The translations under genes were made by a program, and so were the position numbers. A DNA stretch of 64,000 nt from a virus (taxonomy: Duplodnaviria; Caudoviricetes), in the IMG/VR virus record IMGVR_UViG_3300020048_000135, positions 603 through 64,602 of that record. One strand, 5' to 3'. Positions 26,601 through 39,231 of this stretch are shown here, one piece after another. How positions within the stretch are numbered: position 1 is the first letter of the stretch; every line of letters begins with the position of its first letter. Below the pieces are notes generated by a model that saw nothing but the letters and a program-made list of their open reading frames with translations, was not told where the DNA came from and did no database searches.

Positions 26601-29600
26601 CATAATTTTAATAAACAAGTTTATGAATTGTTTAAATTATATTCTGGGTATACACCAAAGAATTATGAGTCTTTTAATGCATATTTAAAAAACAATTTAG
26701 AATCTATTTTAGATCAAGTTTCTAAAAGAACTTATGTATCCTGAGAAAAGTCTACTCAATTTGTTGCTTCTCGTATTCCTGCTCAATCTATGCAATCTTT
26801 TATGGAAATGAATAATGTTGGGTACTTTAATACTAATAATAATGAAGTTTATGTATCTATATGACAAATAGTAATACAGGGATCTGACTTTGATATTGAT
26901 AAAGCTTATTTAATGGGATATGGGTTCAATAAAATGGGACACTATGAAATAGCAAGTGATGCTTTTAAATTTACTACTAAAGAATCTTTAGAAGCAATAG
27001 AAGCATTACCAAAACCCTCTAGAAAAACAACATCTTTTACATCTGGAAATAAAGAAGTATTAGATATTTCGTTAGAATTTAATAAATTTGTAGAAAGTTT
27101 TGAAAGTCTTGAAAATATAGACCCAAATTCTTTAGGAAAACTTGAAGATTGATTAGAAGAAATTGCCAATCTAGAAGAATATACTGAAGATATGTTAATT
27201 AGTGGAATAAGTATTCCTGTAAAAAGTATAAAAATTATAGGAGATATTTTAGAAAAGATAAAAAAATCAAATATAGTTAACATTGATTATTTATATAAAC
27301 CTCTTATAAGTAAAGATTATCAGGAAAATATATTTAATGAATATAAAAAAGTGTTAGTTAATTTAGTTAATAATCACAACACTTCTAAAAATTATACTAA
27401 AAATAAATTTTCTCAGATTAATGCAAATGTTTCAAATATAAGAAAAATAATATCAGATCCAGCAAATCAACTTTGAGCAAATAGTCCAGTTGATTTTGAT
27501 CCTTTCAATGAAGGTGCTGAGGAAGTTATTAAAGAAAGGGAAGAAAAAAGAGAGAAAAGAATTTCTGAAATATTAAAGGATAATGATGTTAATACAAAAA
27601 TAGAAGATATAAAAGACTCTTTAAAAATATTATCTGAAATAAATTCTTTGTATAAAGTAATAGTTCTTAAACCTGCAAAAACTTTAGGAGAATATATTAA
27701 AGAAGCAGAAAGAATTAACATGTTGAAAAATACTCTGTCTGGACACGATATGGTTAGTATGTTTAAACAACAATCTGATGCTATTATAGGTAAAAAAGAT
27801 GTGGGTATTGGTGCAAATGGTCTAAAAGTAATGTTTGCATTAAATTCTTATTATAATAAATATTATAAGTCTTTAGCCGTAAGATCTTCTGATAATGCTT
27901 TATTAGATTCTAAAGGAAAGACAGTAGATCCAATGAAAGATCCTAAATGGTTTGAAAAAACTTTAAATATGGGAGGTAAAATTGGAACGATTACTAAAGC
28001 AACTATAGCTGATGTTTGACTTAATGATAATTTAAAAGGAGCTATACTTAATAGTCTTGGTTTAGAAAGTCAACAAAATTTGCTTAGTATTGTGCAAAAC
28101 GGAATGGCGGCTATATATATCTCAGGATTTGTATCTGCAGCAACAGATAATGCTAAAGAGTTAATTATGGCTAAAATTAATGCTATTAATGAACTTGCTT
28201 CTATGCATTTATATTTAATGATGTTAGGACTTAGTGCTGAACAAGTATCAAGTTATATGACTTCTGATCTAGCAAACCATGTTGTTTCTAAAATAAATTC
28301 ATCTAACATATATGAAAATGCTAAAGGAATGAGTGTAAATAATATTATAAAAAGTTATATTAAAAACAATCCTTCAGAAGAAACTTTAGCAAAAACATTT
28401 ATTGATGTATATCAAGGGGCACAAGAATTTTCAAATTTAGCCGGGTTATTAAAAATAAATCAATCTACTAGTGCTGATATTAATAGTATGTTTTTATTTT
28501 TAAATAAATTTAATACTGCTATGTATACTAGAGAACATGCAGTATTAGAAGAAAATCTTTGAAAATTAAATTCAGAAGAACATTTAGATGAGGCTGTACA
28601 AATAATAATGACTAAAAATCCTAAGTTATCTGAATCTTATATTAAAAATGTTTTGGGAAAAGCTTCTAATATAAAAGTTAATACCATAAATGAAAAAGGG
28701 GAAATTGTTACTAAAACAACTTCACTTTTAGCGGGAGGATTTGATTTTAGATATTATATAGAAAACGATAATGTAAATTATAGGGAAGTTGCTATAGAAT
28801 ATTATAATTTATTTAAAAACACAATTAACATATTTGATGTAATAGAAGATTCTACACATTTCAAATCAATGATTAAAGGATTAAGTAATGTTCATATGAG
28901 TGCTATGATTGTATCTAAAAAATATAATTTTGTATTTAATACTGCTTTAGACATTATTAGAGAAAAATCTCCTGAAATATATAATAATAATCAAAAAACA
29001 ATAAAAAATTATTTAGGAAATTCTAAACTAGTAATAAATTTAGATGATAGAATTATAGGAAAATTACTTAGAGGATATGATGGATTTGTAGTATCTGCGT
29101 GAACTAAGACAAATGATTTAAAAGATTATCAAATAAGTATTAAGACTCTTTTAGAGCAATCTGGATTAGATAAATTTGAAGCTTACGTAAGTGACGATGC
29201 AAAAATTAATCCTATAGGAAAATCTGATGAAGGAACTAAAACTATCATGGTAAATTCTGAAGAAGATTTAATAATAGATTTAACTTCTGATTTTGGAATA
29301 GCCAACTTTAAAAAAGCTATGGAAGAATTAATTTTTCCTATATTAAAAAGATCTCAATCTTCTCAATTAGGATCTTTGCTAAGATTAAAAAGTTTAAGAA
29401 ATCCATATGGTTTATTTACTTCTCAAATAACTCCTACATTTGGTATAAGTTCTTTGGATAATGCTGTAAATGTAACTAAATATCAAGCTTTATTACACGA
29501 TTTTAATCAAGTAGATTTTAAAATAGAATCTGAAAATAAAATAAAAAATAAGGATAAAAATATTTTAAGATATAAAGATTTATTTTATTTATACAATCTT

Positions 29601-30032
29601 ATAGTAAATAATGAACAGTATGGTGATAATAGACTTACTCCAATATTTCAAGATTATGTAAAGGATAAAAATAGCATAGCTTATAAATATCTCGATTTTT
29701 CAAGAAAAATAGATTTAAGAGAAGTTGATATATTTAAAATAGATATTGATCCTACTTTAAATGATGGTTCTAAAAATGTGCTTTATGATAAACTATTACA
29801 TAGTTTTAAAAATGATGTTATATTTTTAGCATTAAATAAAAGAGGGGCAGTAAATGTAAAAAGATTAGGTGCTACTGCTTCTACTCAAATTGCAGTGAGA
29901 AATTCTCATTTCATTATAAATACTCATGCTGATGTTTCAGCTAATATAGATGTAGAAAAATATACTCAATATTCGTCTTTATTATCTATACTTAATAATT
30001 CAAACTTACTTATAAACTTTAAATGCGATTAA
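20616..30032 (+). CDS. Virion-packaged multisubunit-type RNA polymerase (crAss-type, single 3138-aa chain); TGA=Trp
   Basis: One frame with 15 TGA, ending at TAA 30030. SRIPAQSMQS is followed by the catalytic GSDFDIDK (DFDID 26886-26900), the motif known from crAss-like vRNAPs such as phi14:2 gp66. Confidence 0.92.
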
Positions 30033-30033
30033 T

Positions 30034-33000
30034 ATGAAGTGTTATTATTACATAAAACTTCCAAATGGTGGGGAACTTAGATTCCCCGCCACTTTTTCAA
30101 CTTTATCTTCTAAAGATAATAAAGAGCTTAGAGATTTAATAAATAAATTTAAACAAGCTAAAACAGATGCTTTTAATGCTTTACAATCTTATGTTAAAAA
30201 TAATACTGGACTTTCAGGTCAGGCTACAGTACTTATAAATGAAATTCAAGTAGATCATAATCTTATAAGCGACGAAGATTTTGAAAAATTTATAACAAAT
30301 ATAAATGATAAAGTAACAGCTAAAGGAGAGTATGCTGAATTACAGAAAGCTATAAGTCAAGTTATTTTTAGCAAAAAAGGTAAAATAGACTATTTTAATA
30401 AAAATGAAAACTGAGTAAGTATAAAACCGGAAGAAGCTATTCAAAAATTAAAAAATCCAGTTCATATTGATTATTTTGGACAAGTAGATTTTGAAAATAT
30501 AGTTGGGACACTTAGTTATAACGATTTACATGAAGAAAATGTAATAAAAACTCTTGAATTAGATTCATTTGGATTAAATTCCAATTTTCCAAGAAATTTA
30601 GATAAATTATTAGGTTTTGCTTTTCCAAATAAAAATTACAACAGAGTTCAAAAAACTTTTTTTAAAACTACTTTTTCATCAGATTCAGTTATGGGAAAAG
30701 ATGATTCCATAATAATATACGATGAACATTTGAGATTGCCTCTTATATTTGTACAAGAAAATAGTCAATTATCTTTAAATTTTGCAATGCTTAAAGTTAT
30801 TGCAGTCTCTCTTTTTGAAAATAAACCTGACTATTTAAAAGAGATTATACAAATGTATAATAAGAAAGCACATGAAACAAATCAAATAGATGTAAATATT
30901 GAAATAAAAGAGTTTTTTACAGGAAAAGTAATAGATGGAATAAGATCGGATCCAGAATTTTATAAACTTTATAAATTTGCATATGGAGAAGATGCATTAA
31001 GTTTATTAGCATCAAAAATGATAGAACTTTTACCAGCACAAAATGAAGATTTAAAAAACCCTATTAAAAATACAATAGGATTAATGTCTCCTAAAAATTT
31101 GAGTAGCTTTAATAAATTAATAGAGCAAAAAGAATTTGTAAAAAGTTCTAATAAAGAACAAATCGTATTATTTGAAAAATATCAAATAAAAGATATATTG
31201 CCTTTATTTGAGAAGGATAAAAGAACTTCTTATTATAATATAGAGGAAGTGATAGGTCCTTTTGAATCTTCTATAGATTTGTTTAATTATTTAAATTATA
31301 ATATAAGAAAAAACCTTGATTTAGTCAAAGTTTCAATAGAAAATAAAAAATCCGGTGAGGTTAAAAATAGATATATAACTCCATCAGTTATAAAAGTATA
31401 TGGGGATGTTGTTTTTATAAGAGGATGATATAGTCAAAACGGAACTCCTACATCATATTCAGGTGTATTAGATTTTAAAAAATCCTTGTCGATAAATAAA
31501 TTTCACTCTAGTAAAAAACCAGATATTTATTCTAGTAATATGACTGAAAAACTTGTAAGGCCTATAATTATTAAAATAGACTCTGAAAACAAGATGCCTG
31601 ATTCAGTAATAAAAAGTTTAATTCATAGAGGTAGTTATGTAGAATATACCTATGAAAAAAATGAAAAAGATGAAAAAACTGGAAGTATTGTAAGAGTAGA
31701 GAAAAAAGGAAAGGGAACAGTAAAAAATGTACTTCCTGGAGAGATACAACTAAATCCAGTAATATTCAAAGATAAATCAATTAGTTTTTCTCCAACTATG
31801 TCTAGTATCACATTGATACATAGTAATATAGAAGAATTAGGAGGATTTATTTATAAAGAATTTGCAAAATTAAAAGATTTAACTTTATCCCAAGAAGAAG
31901 AATTAGATAAATTTTTAATTGGAAAAAGTCAACTAGCTATAAAAAGTCTTCAAACGTGAGATAGTACAACTCCTATATCAAAAGGAGATTGAGTATCTAT
32001 AAATGCAGGTAAAAATAGCAAAGGAGAAGATTTAGTTGTACATAATATGGTAGTAGGAAAATCTAAAGACACAGTTTACATATTAATACAAACAGCTAAA
32101 GGTAGTAGAATAGAATCTATTCCAAAAACTAAAATAACTAATGTATTTAAGCCTAAAGTTAAATTTGATAATGATAAAAGAAGAGAAATAGGTGAATTTT
32201 ATTCAAAAGTTATGGAGGAAAGATCTATTAGACAACATGAATATTCAATGTTTTATGATGCAAATAAACTGTCAGATGGAGACTTTGCATGATCTGAGTC
32301 AAAAAAGATATTATATACATTAATAAACAAAGAGTCAAATGAATTTATCAATTTTTCTATAAAAGATGGAGAAGAATCTGTAGAATATTCAACTTCATTA
32401 CCTAAAGATGTTGTATTTATTACTAATAAAAACATTGCAGATGATAGCTATGGAGTTTATATAGACTTTAATAATTTTGATCTAATAACTACTGATAAAT
32501 TAGAAGAAAAGCAAGAAGAAAAAATGTATCTTATTCCTGAAAATATGGATGTGACTATAGATAATCTCTTGCCATCTGGTAATCTTAATATAGGATTAGT
32601 AAAAGATAAAGATTTTGTTCAAAATTTTGAAGAAGACCCAACAATTTATAAAGATGTTACTAGACAGGTTATAGAACTTATAAATTTAAGAAGGAAAGAT
32701 ATAACTACTGGTAAAGGTACTAAAATGTTAGCTATAAAACATTCTGAAGGAGGTTTTTATAAAAGGTACGATTCAAATTTATATCAAGTAAATTACTCAA
32801 AAGAATATGTTAAGTTTCTGAAAGATTATGCATTTATATCTTTAAGAAAAAAAGAGATAGTAAATGGTAAAGAAAAAGAAGTTATAAGTCATAAATATAG
32901 AATTATTGCTAATGATGGAAAAAAATTAATTCTTGAATACAATGTATTTAATAAATTTGGAAAAGTAATTACAGTTAGTAAAACATTAGACTTAGAGACA

Positions 33001-33756
33001 GAAGGAGATAATATAAAGTATTTGTTTGTAATGAAACATAATTCCGATTATGCAGCTGTTAAAAAGATTAATGAAGCAACTAAAATAAAAGAAGAGAAAC
33101 TTTCTAAAAAAGAAATGTTTTCTGGTATAATAACAGCTTTTCATCGTTTATACAATATTGATGTAGAAGTGAGGTCTTTAGAAGACGGTTTAAAAAAGAC
33201 TAAAAAAGCTTATATTCAGGCATCTTCTGCAGGAAATAAAATAGTAATAAATAAAGATTTAGATGGGTCTGAAGAAGAGATACTTCATGAATACCTACAT
33301 TTATTTTTATCTGCAGCAAAATATAATAATTCTAATATATATGAAAAGCTATTAGTGAATTGATTAAAAGTTACAGGTCAATCTTTAGAAAATTTAAATT
33401 TAATAGAAGCTGAAGAACTTTTTGTTTTTGAAGTTAGCACTCGAATGACAACAAATAGGGAATATTTACTAAATATAGACATGGAAAGTTTTTTAGAATT
33501 ATTTAGTGAAATATTAAAACAGTTAAAAGTAATAGAAAATGATGATAATACATTTAATCCAAAAAATGGAACCATTCAATCAGTATTTCATATATTAAAT
33601 TATAAAATGTCTGATATATCAGCATTTAAATCTTTAGGATCTTCTTCTAAATCTAGAACTAACTTACTGTATTATGATTTAAACTTTAAAGAATGAATGG
33701 AAAAGCTTACTACAGGGGGAGATGAAAATAATAAACTAATAATAAATTGCGAATAA
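30034..33756 (+). CDS. 1240-aa vRNAP-associated protein with zincin (HExxH) domain; TGA=Trp
   Basis: One frame with 7 TGA, ending at TAA 33754. KAYIQ...IVINKD...EEILHEYLHLF (HExxH at 33286-33300) with a downstream EELF. Confidence 0.8.
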
Positions 33757-33757
33757 A

Positions 33758-36700
33758 ATGAGTTGTAGATATGAAATAATTATAAACGGAACAAGAGCAG
33801 AATTAGATTCTATATTAGATTTATCTAAATATTATTATATAAATGGAGGGACTCTAAATACTCAAAGAGTATTTAGCTCTGTTCAGGATGTAGTAAATAC
33901 TTTAAATACTGTATTAGGAAGAACAGACGCTATAAAGAAAGATGATAAGAAAACTACTATTACTAAATTTATATCAGAAGAAAATAAAATATTTAGAAAA
34001 TTAGGATATAATAAAGATAGACTTTCTCCGGAATATGTAGAAGAAAGTAGAGTATTAAATTCTGTACTAAAAAATCTTCCATTTAAAATGTCTCAAGGAG
34101 TAACTTCTTTACAAGATTTAATTGATAAAGTAGAAAAAAATCCAGAATATAAAGAAATTTTTGAAAGCAGTTTAAATAATATTAAGAGTATTATAGAGTC
34201 TGAAGAACTTGGGAAGAATTTTGGGATATCATTACATAAAGCTTTAGCTTTAATAATAAGAGGTGCCAATTTAGATGATCAAGTTTTTAAAATATTAAAA
34301 GAGCATGAGGATATATTAGATAATAAAGAATCTTGAAAAAATAAACTCACTGATACATTATCTAAAATACATAAAGAAATTGCAGTGCTTATTAATAATG
34401 GAGGTACTATATTCTCTGAATTTAATGTAGATTCTGTAGAAGGTTTAATTCCTTTAAAAGGATCAGCTGATATTATTCTAGTAGATTCTGAAGGTAATTT
34501 GCATATTTATGATTTAAAAGTTTCAAAGCATGATTATGCAGATTGGGATTCTGCAAAAGTACTATATACTGATTATCAATTAGCTTTTTATAGAGGATTA
34601 TTATCTCAATATGTAGATATTACTAATGCAACCTTAAACATAATACCTATTAAAATAGGACAAATATATAAAAGTTCTGAAAATGCCAAAGGGCAACTTT
34701 TACATTCAAATTTTCACTATAATAAACAAATATCATTACTAACAGAGTCTAGTAAAGGACTTCATTCTAATGGAAAAATAACTAAATTAGTAGAGCAGAT
34801 CTTGCCTCCTAAAATGAATATTCAAGCAAATGACAAAGTTATAAAAGATTTTAAAGATGATTTAAATATATTATTACCTAATTATGAAATTAAAACTAAT
34901 AATGCAGAATATAATGTAGATAAAATTGTTGATTATGCAGAACGTAATGGAAAATTTGATATATTTAATAGCTTTACTAAAGATTCTTTAGAATTAGTAG
35001 AAAATCTAGGGAAATTAGGATTTAAAGGAGAAGGCGATATTTTTAAATATGAATGAGGGAATATGGCTCTTGCAGAGAAAAAGAAAAAATATAGAGAGGC
35101 TATTGAAATTTATGTTGCATATGCAAAACAACATAGAAATAATAACTTAATAAGTCTTAAAAATTCTATAATGTCTGCTATTAATAGTGGAAAAAATACA
35201 ATTACCTGAAATAATAAATCTATTGAAACTAATTTAAATAATCTTTTAAAACCATATTTATTAGGAAATTATAGGCATATAAATGGAATAAAAGAACTAG
35301 ATGATTTAGGCTTAATTCTAATGCAAAATAAATCTGACAATAGTTATAGTATATTAAGTATAAGTTCTTTTCTTCAAGAAGCATCTTATAGTAATGATTT
35401 ATTATTTGGGGACTTGGAATATATTAAATCTTATTTATTTTTTAATAATTTTTATGATGTTTTAAGAATTGATAAAAATAAAATTGAAGATATAATAGTA
35501 TTTAATCTACAATCCGGCAGTTACTATTATAGAGATCTAGATTCTACCTTTGAATCTTTTAATAATTTAATGAAACAAAGACCTTTAAATAATAGATTAG
35601 ATTCATTTACAAATTTAAAAGATACTATAGAAAGTGCTAAATATATTATAAGAAATGTTTTAAGATCATATAATAAACCTAATAAAACAACTTTAGAAAC
35701 TATATTATCTCCAATTATTAATGAGTCTATTAATGTAGAAGATTTAGCAACTGTTAAATTAAAACAGCTGATGTCAAAATTTAGAGATGAATTTCCTCAA
35801 ATCACATCAAAAAAACCTAAAGATAGCTTAAATTTTAATGATGATATTGAATATTTATATGGAATATTATCAAGAATATTACTTTTAAAAGAAGATATAA
35901 CTCCTTATGGAGATACTGGGAATTTAAAGGAATTTGGAGTATCTTTTTCTGATGTTAAATCTATTTTTAAACCATTTTTTAGTGATAAAAAAGAGGAATA
36001 TGATGCTAATGGAAGAAGAATACAAGGAATAATTGGTGGGACAATGACTATCCCTCCTGATAAAATATCATCTGTAGACTTAAGAAATATTAATTCCTTG
36101 ATTAATAGTGGAAACTCATTTGTAAGACAAATATTTTATAAACAATCTTCTCATTTAAGAAGTTTAACTAGAGGCTTTTTCAAACAAATAAATTATACTC
36201 CATCTGAACAAAATTGGTTAGGTAACTATAGAAATAAATTTGAAGGAATGTGAGTAAAAGATGGAGATTCTATATCAAATGCATGAAAAGTAAAAAATCC
36301 ATACTTATATGATGTTAATAATTCTATGAAAGACTCTGAAAGAGCTTATTTAACAAAATTGCTTTTTGAGATAAAAAGATGAGAATTAGGAATTTCTGAA
36401 AGTTCAGATATAAATATAACTTCATTGGATACTTTAAAACAATCTAAAGACGGATTAAAAGTATTGGAAGCTATTGAATCTGGAGAGTATTTTAGAATGC
36501 CTTTAGTTAAAAATCAACAATTAACTAAAGTTGGGGCATTGTGAAAAGATGGGTTTTCTGGATGAGTAGATAAAGCTAAAATGATTGGGGAAGAATTTAA
36601 TGACTTCTTTGATGAAAGAGAATTACATGAAGAAGAACGTTCAAATATTTATAAAAAAGAATTGGGCTACTATGAAATGTATAATATATATGAAATGCAA

Positions 36701-38395
36701 TTAAATAGAAGCGGGTTTATAAAAGAAATGGTAGATAAAAATTCTCCACAATATTATGAATTAAATCTTGATATAATTGCTCATAGAGTGGCTTTCGCAA
36801 AAATAAGACAAAAATACATTGACTCTATATTACCTACTATTAATGCGTACATGTGAGAGATGAAATTAAGAGCTGGTATAGGTAATCAAGATATTTCAAA
36901 TGCTTTAGACTATATAACTCAAAGAGTTAAAACTGCTTTGTTTGATTCTCCTAATGTTTCAGAAGATGCCATAGATGCAGTAAAAATAGTAGCTCCTTTA
37001 AAGGCTATTACAACTGCTGGAATGCTAGCTTTTAGACCTATGTTATTACTAAAAGAATTAGGTGTTGGACTATATAAAGGAATAGCATTAGCAGCTACTA
37101 AAATATATGGAACTCAACAATTTGGTATAGAATCTTATTTTAAAGCTTTGGGAAAATTAGCTACTATTGATAAAAAAGCTTCTTCAGAATTTAATTTAAT
37201 AGATGCTATTAATTTTTACTATGGTTTTGCGAATACTGATGCTAATAGTCTTGTCCAAAAAATGCAAACTAATAGAAGAGGAATTTTAATGGGGTTAGGT
37301 CCATGAATGTATTCTACAAGTACAGCTCCTGATTATTATAATAGACTTTCATTATTTTTAGCTAAGATGATAGAAGAAGGTACTTATGAAGCACATTCTA
37401 TAGTGGACGGATATTTACAGTATGACGCCACCAAAGATAAAAGATTTACAAAATATTTTGCAAATAGACATCTTCATAAAAATAGTGCAGGAAAATATAT
37501 ACCAGCTAAAAATGATGAAGAATATAACAAACAAAGAAATTTGTATACCCTTACTATGAAAGAGCTTAATGAGAATGGCGAAAGATTTGGTAATGTTGAG
37601 TTAACTGAAGAAAATGATATACTTCCACAGGCTTATTCTGAAAAAGAAAGACTAAGTTTTAAATCTTTTGTTGATACTGTATATGGTTATTATGATAAAG
37701 ATTCGCAAGCTTTATGGCATCAAACTTGATATGGTATAATTTTTCTACAATTTTTACAATTTTGGCCAGGAAAGATGAGTCAATGGTATGGAAAAGAAAT
37801 TACTGCAAAAGAAAGTATGATGGGAGAACACGTTCAAAAAACAATCACTCGTGATGGTAAAAAAATACCTATATGAAGAAAAGCTATATATAGTGATTCA
37901 AATCCAGAAGAAATTTTAGGATTCAGTGAAACAGAAGAATATACTGGAGATCCTCATATAATATGGATTGGAAGACCACAAGAAGGTTTAATGCAATCAA
38001 TATTAAAAACTGCAAGGTATTTTTTCCATGGAGAAATGGGAGAATTTAAAAGTGATGAATTACTTCAAAAAAGATTTCTTTTTGGAATCGCTGACGGATT
38101 ATTAATGATGTTATTATTTGGAATAATAGCGAAACTTTTAGCAGGATGAACTGAAGAAAATGGAGTTGAAGGACTTGAAGAGGATACTATAAAATTCTTT
38201 CAAAAAGTTGCAGAAAAAGCAGAAAAAGAAGGAAGTTTACCGCAAAATACATTTGGAGCTATAAATACAACTCCTGCTTTTGTAAGCTATGGAACTAAAC
38301 TTTGAACAGATATGTTAGATGTTTTTGAAGGTAATAAAACAGTGTCAGACTTTTCTAAAAATGTAAAAGCTTTTGAATTATTTAATCAAGAGTAA
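33758..38395 (+). CDS. 1545-aa giant virion protein with PD-(D/E)xK nuclease domain and C-terminal hydrophobic helix; TGA=Trp
   Basis: One frame with 14 TGA, ending at TAA 38393. GISLH...GSADIILVD...IYDLKVS...YQLAFY (about 34220-34590) fits a RecB/Cas4-like PD-(D/E)xK nuclease. TM-like GIADGLLMMLLFGIIAKLLAG lies at about 38085-38145. Confidence 0.8.
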
Positions 38396-38396
38396 G

Positions 38397-38444
38397 AAAA
38401 AAAATGCCCCTCCACACAATTAAGTGTAGAGGGGCATTTTGTAT
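38397..38444. terminator. Bidirectional intrinsic terminator between the convergent modules
   Basis: AAAATGCCCCT (38401-38411) pairs with AGGGGCATTTT (38430-38440), with A-tract and T-tract flanks, between the converging stops at 38395 and 38445. Confidence 0.85.
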
Positions 38445-39164
38445 TTAGATAAGTGAGTAAAATTCTTCCGACATCTTTTCTCTGTGATGTCCATTATATA
38501 CAGCAGGTCTTTCGTAATGGTCTGAGAATAATTTAGTAGCTTCTTTTACATTAGAGGATTTAATCAATTTATTAAAAGCATTTCTTTCTGTTGTGTTCAA
38601 CTCTTTCCATATAAATTCTAATTGTAAATCAACATCATCTAAAGATTTTCTTTTTTCAGCAGAAAATCTTTTTAAGCTGTCTAATCTTTTACCATTCCAT
38701 TGAGCCAGTCCATAAGATTGTCCAGTATCTCCTAAAACACCTGATCTGAAGGAAGATTCTGCAAATAAATTACCAGCTATTGCAGCAGATTGCTCTTTAC
38801 TTAATCCTTTACTCATAAAGAATTCTGAGATTTTCTTACCGGTAGACAGCTGTTGAGAACTTAAAGAATATCCAGTAGTTGGCTGATTTATATCTAAAGA
38901 AGATCTACTAGGGCTTTCAATAGTATTTACAGGAGGGAGACTTTCTTCAGTCTTTTTCCTAGTAGGAAGTGTAACTTTTTTAATCTTTTCTGCATTAGTT
39001 TTTGGAGGTTCAAAATCATCAATACCAAAAAAGGTTTTAATATGATCGCTTGCAGCTCCAAAATATTCTGTTAAATTCCCAAAAGGAGTTAAAGATTCTA
39101 CGATATCATCTTTAGTAGGATTTATTTTCAATTCGGGTGTTGTGTGTGTAAAAGGGTATTCCAT
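38445..39164 (-). CDS. Phage tail-type lysozyme (Phage_lysozyme2-like) with low-complexity N-terminal region
   Basis: AAIAGNLFAESS...YGLAQWNGKR...QLEFIWKEL...FSDHYERPA matches the tail lysozyme pattern. Confidence 0.85.
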   Translation of the reverse strand: MEYPFTHTTPELKINPTKDDIVESLTPFGNLTEYFGAASDHIKTFFGIDDFEPPKTNAEKIKKVTLPTRKKTEESLPPVNTIESPSRSSLDINQPTTGYSLSSQQLSTGKKISEFFMSKGLSKEQSAAIAGNLFAESSFRSGVLGDTGQSYGLAQWNGKRLDSLKRFSAEKRKSLDDVDLQLEFIWKELNTTERNAFNKLIKSSNVKEATKLFSDHYERPAVYNGHHREKMSEEFYSLI

Positions 39165-39231
39165 AGTTATTATTAATTTAATTTGTAAAATTACAAATTT
39201 TTAATAACATAAATTTAAAACAAATCAGAAA

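Noticed and set aside
1759-33575. Minus-strand track ORFs under the virion genes (e.g. 1759, 2985, 6689, 7375, 11057, 14281, 15373, 17371, 18640, 26942, 27467, 32253, 33378)
   Set aside because: They are antisense shadows of long coding frames, with S/F/L/I-biased composition and no motifs.
1-38395. Interpreting the many short + strand ORFs as pseudogenes, frameshifts or separate small genes
   Set aside because: Fragments stay in one frame per gene and are separated only by TGA, never by TAA or TAG. Catalytic motifs are intact across the gaps.
1-38395. TGA read as Gly (table 25) or selenocysteine
   Set aside because: TGA sits at positions where Trp is expected (FWMK, HIFHW, WFAAP), and about 80 sites is incompatible with Sec insertion.
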